Source: Candidatus Dormiibacterota bacterium (GTDB lineage: Bacteria; Chloroflexota; Dormibacteria; Aeolococcales; Aeolococcaceae). Taken from it: a stretch of 64,000 nucleotides of DNA. The notes under the pieces were generated by a model. It searched no databases and was not told the DNA's origin. It was given only the letters and a program-made list of their open reading frames with translations. The position numbers and the translations under genes were made by a program. The stretch is taken from contig CAWHLW010000009.1 in the NCBI GenBank assembly GCA_963830305.1, positions 229,128 to 293,127 of the forward strand, read 5' to 3'. Numbering within the stretch: position 1 is the stretch's first letter; each line of letters opens with the position of its first letter. This document shows positions 47,511 to 56,144 of this stretch, piece by piece.

Positions 47511-49127
47511 TCAGGCGGAGCCGACGCTGTCCATCACATGGATCGGCTGGAAGACTTCCTCGGACAGCTGCTCGCCGGAGGTGGTCAGGTGCTCGAGGAA
47601 GGTGGGAAGGACGCCTGTCGGCATGTACGAGCCCACGACCTTGCCGTCCTCATCGACGCCGACCTGCTTGTACACGAAGATGTCCTGCAGCTTGACCTCG
47701 TTGTTCTCGCAACCGAGGACCTCGGTGATGCTCACGATCTTGCGCGTACCGTCGCGCAGGCGCGACTGCTGCACGACCACGTTGACCGCCGAGCCGATCT
47801 GCTCGCGGATGGCGCGCGACGGCAACTCTGCGCCGGCCATCAGCACCAGGGTTTCGAGGCGGCTGATGCAGTCGTGCGCGTTGTTCGCATGGAGCGTTGT
47901 CAAGGATCCATCGTGGCCGGTGTTCATGGCCTGGAGCATGTCCAGGGCCTCGCCACCACGGCACTCACCGACGACGATGCGGTCCGGCCGCATGCGCAAC
48001 GAGTTGATGACCAGGTCGCGAATCGAGACACGTCCGCGGCCTTCAACGTTGGCGGGCCGCGTCTCGAGCGTGACCACATGATCCTGTCGCAGCTGGAGCT
48101 CGGCCGCGTCCTCGATGGTGACGATGCGCTCGTCGGAGGGGATGAAGCTGCTGAGGATGTTGAGCGTCGTCGTCTTTCCGGAGCCGGTACCGCCGCTGAC
48201 CACCACGTTCATCTTCCCGCGAACGCACGCCCGCAGAAAGCGAACCATGTCCTCGGTGACCGACCCGTACTTGATCAGGTCTTCGATGGTGAGCGCTTCC
48301 TTGGCGAACTTTCGGATCGTCATGGTCGGTCCGCGCAGCGCGAGCGGCGGAATGATGACGTTCACGCGGGAACCGTCCTTGAGACGCGCATCGACCATCG
48401 GCGACGATTCATCGACACGCCGGCCGATGCTGCTCACGATTCGATCGATGACCTGCATCAACTGCTGATCGCTCTCGAACGTGACCGGGCTCAACGTGAG
48501 CTTGCCATGTTGTTCGACGTAGATCTGCTTGTAGCTGTTGATCATGATTTCGGTGATGTCATCGCTCGAGAGCAGTTCCTCGAGCGGCCCGAGCCCGAGC
48601 ACGTCGTTGGCGAGAATCTCGACAAGCCGGAGGCGATCGGGCCGGCTCATCGTGATGTTCTGCTCGGTGATCACGTCGTTGAGCAGTTCGCTGATGCGCT
48701 GGCGCACCACCTCCGGCGGTACCGAGTCCGTCCCCTGGGCAAGCTCGTCGACCAGCCGCTGATGCACCTTGCCGCGAAGGGCGACGTGGGTGTTGGCGTG
48801 GCCGCCCATCTTGCTGAGGCCGGGCCGGGCCATCGCGCCGGCGCGGTTCAGCAGCGTCGGAGCGGCGCGCTGAGGCTCCGGAGTGGGCGCAGGTCGCTCG
48901 ACCTCGAACGGACGCGGCGCAGGCGCAGGAGCCGGCGCGGCAGGGGTTGCCGGGGCCGGGGACACGCCGCCTGGGCGGTTCTGCCAGCCTGCCGGAGGGA
49001 ATCGATCCGCGCCGTCGTCAGATCCACGATCCGGCGACGGCGAGGGTGCCGGGGACGAAGGCGCGCTTGGGGTGGGCGCAGGAGTGGTCCCCTCCGCCTT
49101 TCGCTGCACTCGGTCGAGCAAAGACAT
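47511..49127 (-). CDS. cpaF: CpaF/TadA-family secretion ATPase (long form, Pro/Ala-rich N-terminal extension)
   Basis: 538-aa ORF ...VVVSGGTGSGKTTTLN...IVTIEDAAELQL...RPDRIVVGECRGGEALDMLQAMNTGHDGSLTTLHAN... Confidence 0.93.
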   Translation of the reverse strand: MSLLDRVQRKAEGTTPAPTPSAPSSPAPSPSPDRGSDDGADRFPPAGWQNRPGGVSPAPATPAAPAPAPAPRPFEVERPAPTPEPQRAAPTLLNRAGAMARPGLSKMGGHANTHVALRGKVHQRLVDELAQGTDSVPPEVVRQRISELLNDVITEQNITMSRPDRLRLVEILANDVLGLGPLEELLSSDDITEIMINSYKQIYVEQHGKLTLSPVTFESDQQLMQVIDRIVSSIGRRVDESSPMVDARLKDGSRVNVIIPPLALRGPTMTIRKFAKEALTIEDLIKYGSVTEDMVRFLRACVRGKMNVVVSGGTGSGKTTTLNILSSFIPSDERIVTIEDAAELQLRQDHVVTLETRPANVEGRGRVSIRDLVINSLRMRPDRIVVGECRGGEALDMLQAMNTGHDGSLTTLHANNAHDCISRLETLVLMAGAELPSRAIREQIGSAVNVVVQQSRLRDGTRKIVSITEVLGCENNEVKLQDIFVYKQVGVDEDGKVVGSYMPTGVLPTFLEHLTTSGEQLSEEVFQPIHVMDSVGSA

Positions 49128-49323
49128 CTGAGCTCAAACCACCTCATGTGATCGCGTTGCAATACCTGCCCGAAGGCTGGATCAAGCATCCCTGGGATGT
49201 ACGACCAACGGTGCAACGATCCTGTCGAAGCAGCGTCCCAGGGGCTCTGAGGGAGGTTTGATAGGCACCGGCCGGAACGGATCGGTCGTGATTCAAGTGC
49301 CCATTCACGTGAAGGATCGCCGT

Positions 49324-50250
49324 ATGGAACGTCGGCCGCTGCCCTCGGCGTGGGACGAACTCGTGCGCACCGCCTCCGCGGTCCGGACGACGCCTGCGCT
49401 CGAGATCGCGACAACTGCCGAGCGCAGGCGCCTCCGAAGACGCATCCGCCCGATCGTCATGAGCGCGGCGATCCTGACCGCAGCCGGGCTCGCGGTGCTC
49501 CATCTCGCTGCCGGCACTGGCGCGGTCAGCGCCAGCAGCGGTGAGGATTCCCAGATGTTCTCACTGACCAACAGCGACCGAGCCAGCAACGGTGTGCACT
49601 CGCTGGTGTTCAGCAGCACCCTCGAGAACATCGGTGAAGGCGCTTCCTACAACTGCAATGGCATCGAGGTCCACGGCCGGTCCGACGACATGATCCAGCG
49701 CAACTACTTTGCGCATCCGATCCTGGGATGCGGCCAGCTGGTGTTCTCGATGATGCAGGCGTACGGCATTCACTACAGATCAGCCGGTGAGAACATCGGG
49801 TGGGAGTCCGGTGCCTCAAGTCCCGCCAGCTATCTCAACAGCGCCTTCATGAACAGCCCTGACCATCGTTCCAACATCCTCGACAGCAGCTACACGGAGA
49901 TGGGCGTCGGATCCGACGAGAGCGCCCCCGGCGCGACCTGGACCGGCGTGGGAAGCGAGCAGAACGTCTGGATGTTCAGCGAGGAGTTCGCACAGGTGGG
50001 CTCGTCGTCGTCGCCACCGCCACGCAAGACGCCTTCTCCGGGCTCGGGCTCTCGGAATTCGCCGGCGCCGAAAGCCCCCGCCGTCGCTCCCGCGACCACC
50101 GCGCCGGCGTCGGCAGCGCCCACAGCCACCCCGCTCGTGATCCCGACCGGAAGCCTCCCTCAGAACCTTCCCGCGCCGCCGGTGGACCAGTACGAAGGCC
50201 TGTTCCCGAACACGATCGAATCCGTCCTCGAAGCATTCCTCAACTTCTAA
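49324..50250 (+). CDS. Membrane-anchored CAP/SCP (YkwD-like) domain protein with Pro/Ser-rich tail
   Basis: ATG 49324 in ORF 49258..50250. TM IVMSAAILTAAGLAVLHL. CAP-like ...LTNSDRASNGVHSLVFSSTL...YFAHP...AGENIGW...AFMNSPDHRSNILDSSYTEMGVG... Confidence 0.7.
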   Translation: MERRPLPSAWDELVRTASAVRTTPALEIATTAERRRLRRRIRPIVMSAAILTAAGLAVLHLAAGTGAVSASSGEDSQMFSLTNSDRASNGVHSLVFSSTLENIGEGASYNCNGIEVHGRSDDMIQRNYFAHPILGCGQLVFSMMQAYGIHYRSAGENIGWESGASSPASYLNSAFMNSPDHRSNILDSSYTEMGVGSDESAPGATWTGVGSEQNVWMFSEEFAQVGSSSSPPPRKTPSPGSGSRNSPAPKAPAVAPATTAPASAAPTATPLVIPTGSLPQNLPAPPVDQYEGLFPNTIESVLEAFLNF

Positions 50251-50312
50251 CCGCGAAAGGGCCACCACCCTGACTCAGCTCAGCACCCTCGAAGCGACCG
50301 CGGGCGACCTCG

Positions 50313-51100
50313 ATGGCAACATCGTCGTCGCTGCCGGTCTTCGCAAGATCTACCGAATCAGCCGCCCACCACGGGAGGCGATTCGCGGCGTCTCGCTCAC
50401 CGTCGCGGCAGGCGAGTTCATCGCGATCATGGGGCCGAGCGGATGCGGCAAGAGCACCCTGCTGCACATGCTCGGTGGCCTCGAGCCGCCCGATCAGGGG
50501 ACGGTCACGATCCAGGGGATCGATGTCTACAGCCTCGCCGATGAGGAGCGCTCGGCCTTCCGCCGCGACCACATCGGGGTCGTCTTCCAGTTCTTCAACC
50601 TGCTTCCCACCCTCACCGCGGCCGAGAATGTCGGGCTGCCGCTCCGGCTCCGCAACGAGGCACCGAGCCGGCATCGCCAGAAGCTCTCCCGGCAGACGAT
50701 CCATGACCGCGTCGACGCAGTCATGGAGCAGCTCAACCTCCACGGTCTCCAGGGGCACGGTCCCGAGGAGATCTCGGGTGGCGAGCAGCAGCGAGTCGCG
50801 CTCGCCAGAGCACTCGCCGCCTCCCCCTCGCTGCTGCTCGCTGACGAACCCACCGGCAACCTCGACTGGACGAGCGGCCACGAGGTGATGGCGCTGCTCA
50901 GCCGGCTCTGCCGCGAGGAGCATCAGACGGCGGTGCTGGTGACCCACGATGCCCGGGTCGCAGCCTACGCGGACCGGGTGCTGATCATGCGCGACGGCGA
51001 GGTGGTCGACGACGTCGCCCTGAGCCACGCCGGGCAGGCGCCGGATGCGATCCCGGACGCGACGGTCCTGGTGGCGAGGCTCGCCAAGCTGGATCTGTGA
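50313..51100 (+). CDS. ABC transporter ATP-binding protein (MacB/LolD-type), 5' end frame-broken near 50320
   Basis: ORF 50429..51100 starts at the Walker A (MGPSGCGKSTLL...LSGGEQQRVALARAL...LLLADEPTGNLD). The start-less upstream frame reads ...NIVVAAGLRKIYRISRPPREAIRGVSLTVAAGEFIAI. The only nearby ATG (50313) is one frame off. Confidence 0.8.
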
Positions 51101-53586
51101 GCGACTTCCTGCTCCTGGCGGTTCGCGCCATCCGGGCGCGCCCGCTCCGGAGCACCCTCACCGCGAGCGCGGTCGCGCTCGGCATTGCGGTCGTCCTGGC
51201 GGTGCAGATCGCGATCCAGGGACTCACCGTCCAGGCGGGAGAGGCCCAGCTGCAGCAGGCCGGGGCCTCATCGCTCGACGTCCGCGTGGACAGCGCGTCG
51301 GGACTCGTCCCGGCGCAGATCACCACGCTCTCCGATCTTCCCGGGGTCGTCCAGGCGGTCGCCCTCTATGAGAAGGAGGTCACCGCCGGACCGGCCGGGA
51401 GCAGCCTCGAGGGTGCCACGGTCACGCTGGTCGGTCTGCAGGATTCGAGCGCCGCGCTGCGCAGCGTCTCGGTTGTCTCCGGGCGGCTCCCGCTCCCGGG
51501 GAGCACCTCGGAGGTGGCGATGGACCAGGGCCTGAGCAGCGCGATCACCGGCGGCTTCGGCAGCCCGATCAAGCTCGGTCAGAAGATCCAGCTCGTCACC
51601 AGCACCGGTCCCGACCTGTTCACGGTTGTCGGTTTCACGTCAGGCACCGATGGCGGCCCTTCGTTCACCCATGACGCCGTCTTTGTCGATGACGCGGCGA
51701 TGTTCGGGCCCTTTGCGCTCGGACTGCGAACCCCGTTGGTTGCGCTGCGCTTCGGGCCAGGGGCGACCGTGGCGACGGTCTCGCAGGAGGTCCATGCCAA
51801 GTTCGGCGCATCCGTGACCACGTACGACCCGCGAGCAGGCGCCACGGAGCCGCTGGCCGACCTCCAACCGCTGCTCGTGCTCGCCACTCTTCTGAGCTTG
51901 ATCGTCGGAGCCGGGGTCACCGCCAACAGTGCAGCCCTGGCCGCCTACGAGCGCCGGCGCGAGATCGGCCTGCTCCGCGCGGCCGGGGCATCGTCTCGGC
52001 AGGTGTTCCGGCTCTTCGCGATGGAGGTCGCAACTGTTGCCCTCGCCGGTGTCCCCGTGGGCGTGATTGCCGGGCTGGTGCTGGGCGCGATCTTCAACAG
52101 CAGCCTCTCGCCCGCCGATCTCGCCGCCCCGTCCCTCGCGCCGCAGGTAGGCCAGATCGTGGCGGCGATCGCCGCCGGCCTCGGCGCCGCGCTGATCGGG
52201 GGACTCCTCCCCCTCTTTGCGGCGGCCCGGCTCCCCATCCTCGACGCGCTCCGGCCCCACCCGATCGGTGAGCATCAGCGCGCGGGGCTGCTGTTCCGGG
52301 CGGCCAGCCCAGTCCTACTGGTGGTTGCCGCCCTCTGCTTCCTGAGCAATGCGAGTGGCGTGGTTGCGCTGGGCGTCATCGCGCTCCTGCTCGGGCTGGT
52401 GGTCGCGCTGCCCCTGATCGCTCCCCCGGTCATCCGGCTGCTGGCTATGGCGATCTCTCCATTCGTCAGCGGCGCTGAACCCGGGGCCGCGCACCTCATC
52501 CGGGCTCGCAATCGGACGGCGATGACCGCCGCGGGTCTGTCCATCGCCATTGCGACTGCGGTCGGAGCAAGCGCGCTGAGCGCCGGGGCATTGACGGCCA
52601 GCGACAGTTGGGTGTCAGGCCTCTTTGGTGGCAACACGTTGGTGACCAGCCCGGTGACCCAGGACGACCAGGTGGAAGGGGCCGTTGCCGGCAGCGCCGG
52701 CGTTGCCCAGGTGACACCACTGCGCTTCCTGTCCGAGATGGTTTCGGGTGCCTCCGAGGGGGTCGCCGCAATCGACCCAGCCACCTACTCGTCGCTCGGC
52801 GGCCTCGATGTCGTGTCCGGTGACCGCACGACGGCGCTGAACGCTCTCGAGGATGGACCAAGCTTTCTCGTGCCCGCCGGGCTGGCGGCCGCCACCGGCT
52901 GGACGGTCGGCTCGCAACTCCCGGTCGACACCCAGAAAGGAACCGTGTATTTCACGATCGTCGGCGTCGTCAGCCACTCCTTCCCCGCCGGCGACGGCGG
53001 CGAGAGCCTCGTCATGGCCGACGACCTGGCACGAAGCTACTTCGGCTCGGCCGCCGACGGATTCGATGACCTCGTGGTGGTGACCCGAGGCTCGGAAGCG
53101 ACCATCGATGCCACCGCCGCCAGTTACGGGATGCGAGCGGTCCCGGTGAGCGTGATCGAGGGCGACGCCCGCGATGCGCTGCAGCACTCGATCGGGCTGG
53201 TCCTTGCAGTTGCGGTCATCTCCGTGATCATCGCCATGCTCGCAGTCATCAACACGCTGCTCGTCAACGTCCGCCAGGGAACCCGGGAGCTTGCGCTGCT
53301 GCGTGCAGTCGGGCTCGGCAGCCGCCAGGCGATGCGCCGGGTGCTCACCGAAGCCGGACTCCTCGCCGGCGCTGCAACACTGATAGGGATCGCCGCCGGC
53401 TGTCTGATCGCCGAGCCGATGCTCCAGGCGAGCAGCACGCCGACCTTTGTTCCCGGCTTCGTGTTTCCCCTCGAGACAGTGATTGTGCTCATTCTCGTCG
53501 TCGTCCTGGCTGCAGTCGTTGCCACCATCGGTCCAGCTCGCAGAGCGGTGCGAACCTCAGTGCTCAGCGCGCTGCGACACGAGTAA
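51097..53586 (+). CDS. ABC transporter permease with two FtsX-type modules
   Basis: 829-aa ORF whose GTG start forms GTGA with the ATPase stop. Duplicated pattern ...REIGLLRAAGASSRQVFRLF... and ...RELALLRAVGLGSRQAMRRVL..., each followed by TM bundles. Confidence 0.85.
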   Translation: MSDFLLLAVRAIRARPLRSTLTASAVALGIAVVLAVQIAIQGLTVQAGEAQLQQAGASSLDVRVDSASGLVPAQITTLSDLPGVVQAVALYEKEVTAGPAGSSLEGATVTLVGLQDSSAALRSVSVVSGRLPLPGSTSEVAMDQGLSSAITGGFGSPIKLGQKIQLVTSTGPDLFTVVGFTSGTDGGPSFTHDAVFVDDAAMFGPFALGLRTPLVALRFGPGATVATVSQEVHAKFGASVTTYDPRAGATEPLADLQPLLVLATLLSLIVGAGVTANSAALAAYERRREIGLLRAAGASSRQVFRLFAMEVATVALAGVPVGVIAGLVLGAIFNSSLSPADLAAPSLAPQVGQIVAAIAAGLGAALIGGLLPLFAAARLPILDALRPHPIGEHQRAGLLFRAASPVLLVVAALCFLSNASGVVALGVIALLLGLVVALPLIAPPVIRLLAMAISPFVSGAEPGAAHLIRARNRTAMTAAGLSIAIATAVGASALSAGALTASDSWVSGLFGGNTLVTSPVTQDDQVEGAVAGSAGVAQVTPLRFLSEMVSGASEGVAAIDPATYSSLGGLDVVSGDRTTALNALEDGPSFLVPAGLAAATGWTVGSQLPVDTQKGTVYFTIVGVVSHSFPAGDGGESLVMADDLARSYFGSAADGFDDLVVVTRGSEATIDATAASYGMRAVPVSVIEGDARDALQHSIGLVLAVAVISVIIAMLAVINTLLVNVRQGTRELALLRAVGLGSRQAMRRVLTEAGLLAGAATLIGIAAGCLIAEPMLQASSTPTFVPGFVFPLETVIVLILVVVLAAVVATIGPARRAVRTSVLSALRHE

Positions 53587-53591
53587 CCGCG

Positions 53592-54212
53592 ATGCCCCCC
53601 GTTGGCGGGTTCAGCGGTCGCATCCTCGCCGTTGTACTGACAGTGCTGGTCCTCGGCGCCTGTGGCAGCGATTCGCCCGCATTGTCAGCCGCGAATCCGG
53701 TGCACTACCTGATCACCATCGATCAGCTGGTGGCTCCCGATTTCACGGTCTCCACTGCGGCAGCGCACGTCACCGCCGCAACCATCGCGAACGGCGACGA
53801 CTCGCTCGCGCAGGCACTCACCTCAGCCGGTCTGCAATCTGCCGCGAGCGTTGAGTATCAGCGTGGCGTCGACTTCGGCACGAGCAATGGCCCCATCGAT
53901 GTCGTCGCCACAGTCGAGCGCTTCGGCAGTGTGGGCGGAGCCTCGAGCGCGTACGAGGTGACAGCGCGATACCTCGACGCCATCCAGGGGGCGGTGCCGA
54001 CCTCAACCGGTCCACTCGGAGACCAGGCGCACGCAATCAATGTGGTCCGGAACACCGCCTCGGGCATCCTGGCGGTCGAGGTCACCATCGTGTGGCGCGT
54101 CGGCAACCTCCTGAACCTCATGATCGCGCGCGGTCGCTACGGCGGCACCCGCCTCGACGACGCCCTCGTCCTAGCGGGATTGCAGACCCAGAACGAGACC
54201 GCCCCCGGTTGA
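53592..54212 (+). CDS. Putative lipoprotein, hypothetical
   Basis: 206-aa ORF with signal peptide and lipobox ...VLTVLVLGAC|GSD. 5 nt after the permease stop. Confidence 0.6.
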   Translation: MPPVGGFSGRILAVVLTVLVLGACGSDSPALSAANPVHYLITIDQLVAPDFTVSTAAAHVTAATIANGDDSLAQALTSAGLQSAASVEYQRGVDFGTSNGPIDVVATVERFGSVGGASSAYEVTARYLDAIQGAVPTSTGPLGDQAHAINVVRNTASGILAVEVTIVWRVGNLLNLMIARGRYGGTRLDDALVLAGLQTQNETAPG

Positions 54213-54216
54213 GGCC

Positions 54217-54402
54217 GCAAGAGCTGAGAGCGGACGCACGAGATTCCGGGGGCGGGTATTCACCACTGAGCGGAGGACGGAGGAGACCCCGGCGGAGGCT
54301 GAATAGTCCGGTTTGAAGCCGGAGCCGGGGTCTCCTCCGTCCGCCTTAGGGGGCTCTGCCGTCCGCCCCCCGAGATCTCGTCCGTCCGCTCTCAGCTCTT
54401 GC
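54217..54402. repeat. ~186-bp imperfect palindromic REP/MITE-like element
   Basis: Outer arms gcaagagctgagagcggacg... (54217-) and ...cgtccgctctcagctcttgc (-54402). Inner stem ggacggaggagaccccgg / ccggggtctcctccgtcc. The 56-nt core 54283-54338 is the exact reverse complement of 60840-60895. Confidence 0.85.
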
Positions 54403-55166
54403 GAGGTTCCCATCGAAAACGGAGGACGGCGAGGATCACAGCGCCGGCGCCCCACGCGGCCATGATCAGGAGATCGTTGCCGTTGAAACCTGAGGCCGAT
54501 TGATGTCCCGGGTCGAACGCGGTGAACATCCCGTCGATGAAGTGACGCACCGGAAACCACTCGGCGATCTGCGCGAGGATCGATGAGGAGGGCACCGGAA
54601 AGAACGTCCCCGAGATGAACACGATCGGGAGAAACACGCCGTTGACGATCGCCGGTGCCGCTTCCGCGTTGGGGATGGCGATCGTCATCGCCATGCCGAG
54701 TGCGCAAAACGCGAGGGCGCCGACGCCGATTGTCACAGCTGCTGCGCCGATGTGCTCGCGGCACGTCGATGCCGTACACGACGATCCCGAATCCGGTGGT
54801 CAGCAGTGCGAGGACGATGCTCACGATGATCGATGAGCCGACGACGCCCGAGATGAACGCCCAGGTTGGAAGCGGTGTGCCACGCAGCCGCTTGAGGATG
54901 CCGTTGTCCCGTCGCAGTGACAGCCCGATCGAGATGTTCGTGAAGCAGGCGCCCATGACCCCGAACGCGACCAGCGCCGGGATGTAGTAGTTGTCATACG
55001 TCGTGCTGACCGTGCCAATCTGCACGTGCTGACCTTTGAACAGCGTGGCGAACACCACAAGGAAGATGATCGGGAAGAGGAACGCGAAGAACGCGCTTGC
55101 AGGGTTGCGCCAGAACGATTTCTGCTCGAAGACGACCTGGCGCAATGCGATGCCGCTGGTGCTCAT
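54392..55166 (-). CDS. ABC-2 type transporter permease, frame break near 54757
   Basis: ORF 54171..55166 is permease-like up to ...GFGIVVYGIDVP and then Arg-rich. ORF 54392..54736, and its upstream frame (...EHIGAAAVTIGVGALAFCALGMAMTIAIPN...), continues it. Span is 3n+1. Confidence 0.8.
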
Positions 55167-56049
55167 GACTTGGTCAGCTCCAGGTAGACGTCTTCAAGCG
55201 ACGGGCGCGTGACCTCGAGGTTCGGCAGCTCGATCCCATGCGCCACCGCCCACGTGGTCAGGTCGTTCAGCGTGCGCGTCGGCGTCTTCGTCTCGATGAC
55301 TGCAGTGCCGTCATCGAAGCGCGCCTGCAACGGCAGCGCCACCGCGTCGACACCGTTCGGCAGCTCGAAGCGGATGTGCGTGAGCTGGTCGGTGCCGGCA
55401 CGCAATGTTTCCGGTGTGCCCTGGGCGACCACCAGACCTGCCGCGATGACGCAGATGCGATCGGCGAGATACTGTGCCTCGTCCATGTAGTGGGTCGTGA
55501 GCACGATCGTCTTGCCGAGCGTCCGCATGTTGCGCACAACTTCCCAGGCAGCGCGTCGAGCGGAGGGATCGAAGCCCGTCGTCGGCTCGTCGAGGAACAC
55601 GAGCTCAGGGTCACCCACCAGGCCGAGTGCGACGTCGAGACGGCGCTGCTGGCCGCCGGAGAGCTTGCGGACCCGCTCCCCCGCTTTCTCGGTAAGCCCG
55701 ACCAGCTCGATGATCTCCGCCGCAGGGCGGGGGGCCGGATAGTAGCCGCGGTAAAGCTCGACAAGCTCGGTGACCGAGAGCATCGGGGGCACGGCCGCCT
55801 CCTGGAGCACGAGCCCCACACGCTCCTTGAGCTTCCGCCCACCCGTGTGCGGGTCGAGCCCAAGCACGCTGACGTTGCCGGCATCGCGCGTGCGGTAGCC
55901 CTCGAGGATCTCGATCGTGGTGGTCTTGCCGGCCCCATTGGGCCCGAGAAGCCCGAAGACCTCCCCTTCCTCCACGGTGAAGGAAATACCACGAACTGCC
56001 TCGACGGCTCCGTAGGACTTGCGCAAACCGTCGACCACGATGGCTGTCA
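55163..56049 (-). CDS. ABC transporter ATP-binding protein (ABC-2/DrrA-like)
   Basis: GTG 56049 in ORF 55163..56368 gives VTAIVVDGLRKSYGAVEAVRGISFTVEEGEVFGLLGPNGAGKTTTIE...LSGGQQRRLDVALGL...VFLDEPTTGFD... Confidence 0.9.
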
Positions 56050-56144
56050 CCGAAAGTGTCTCCCCTGTATGACGAGCGGTCACAGAGTTGTTGCGCCATG
56101 GTGCCAGAGACCGGGGTCGGTGCCGACCACAATTGCCGCAGCGC

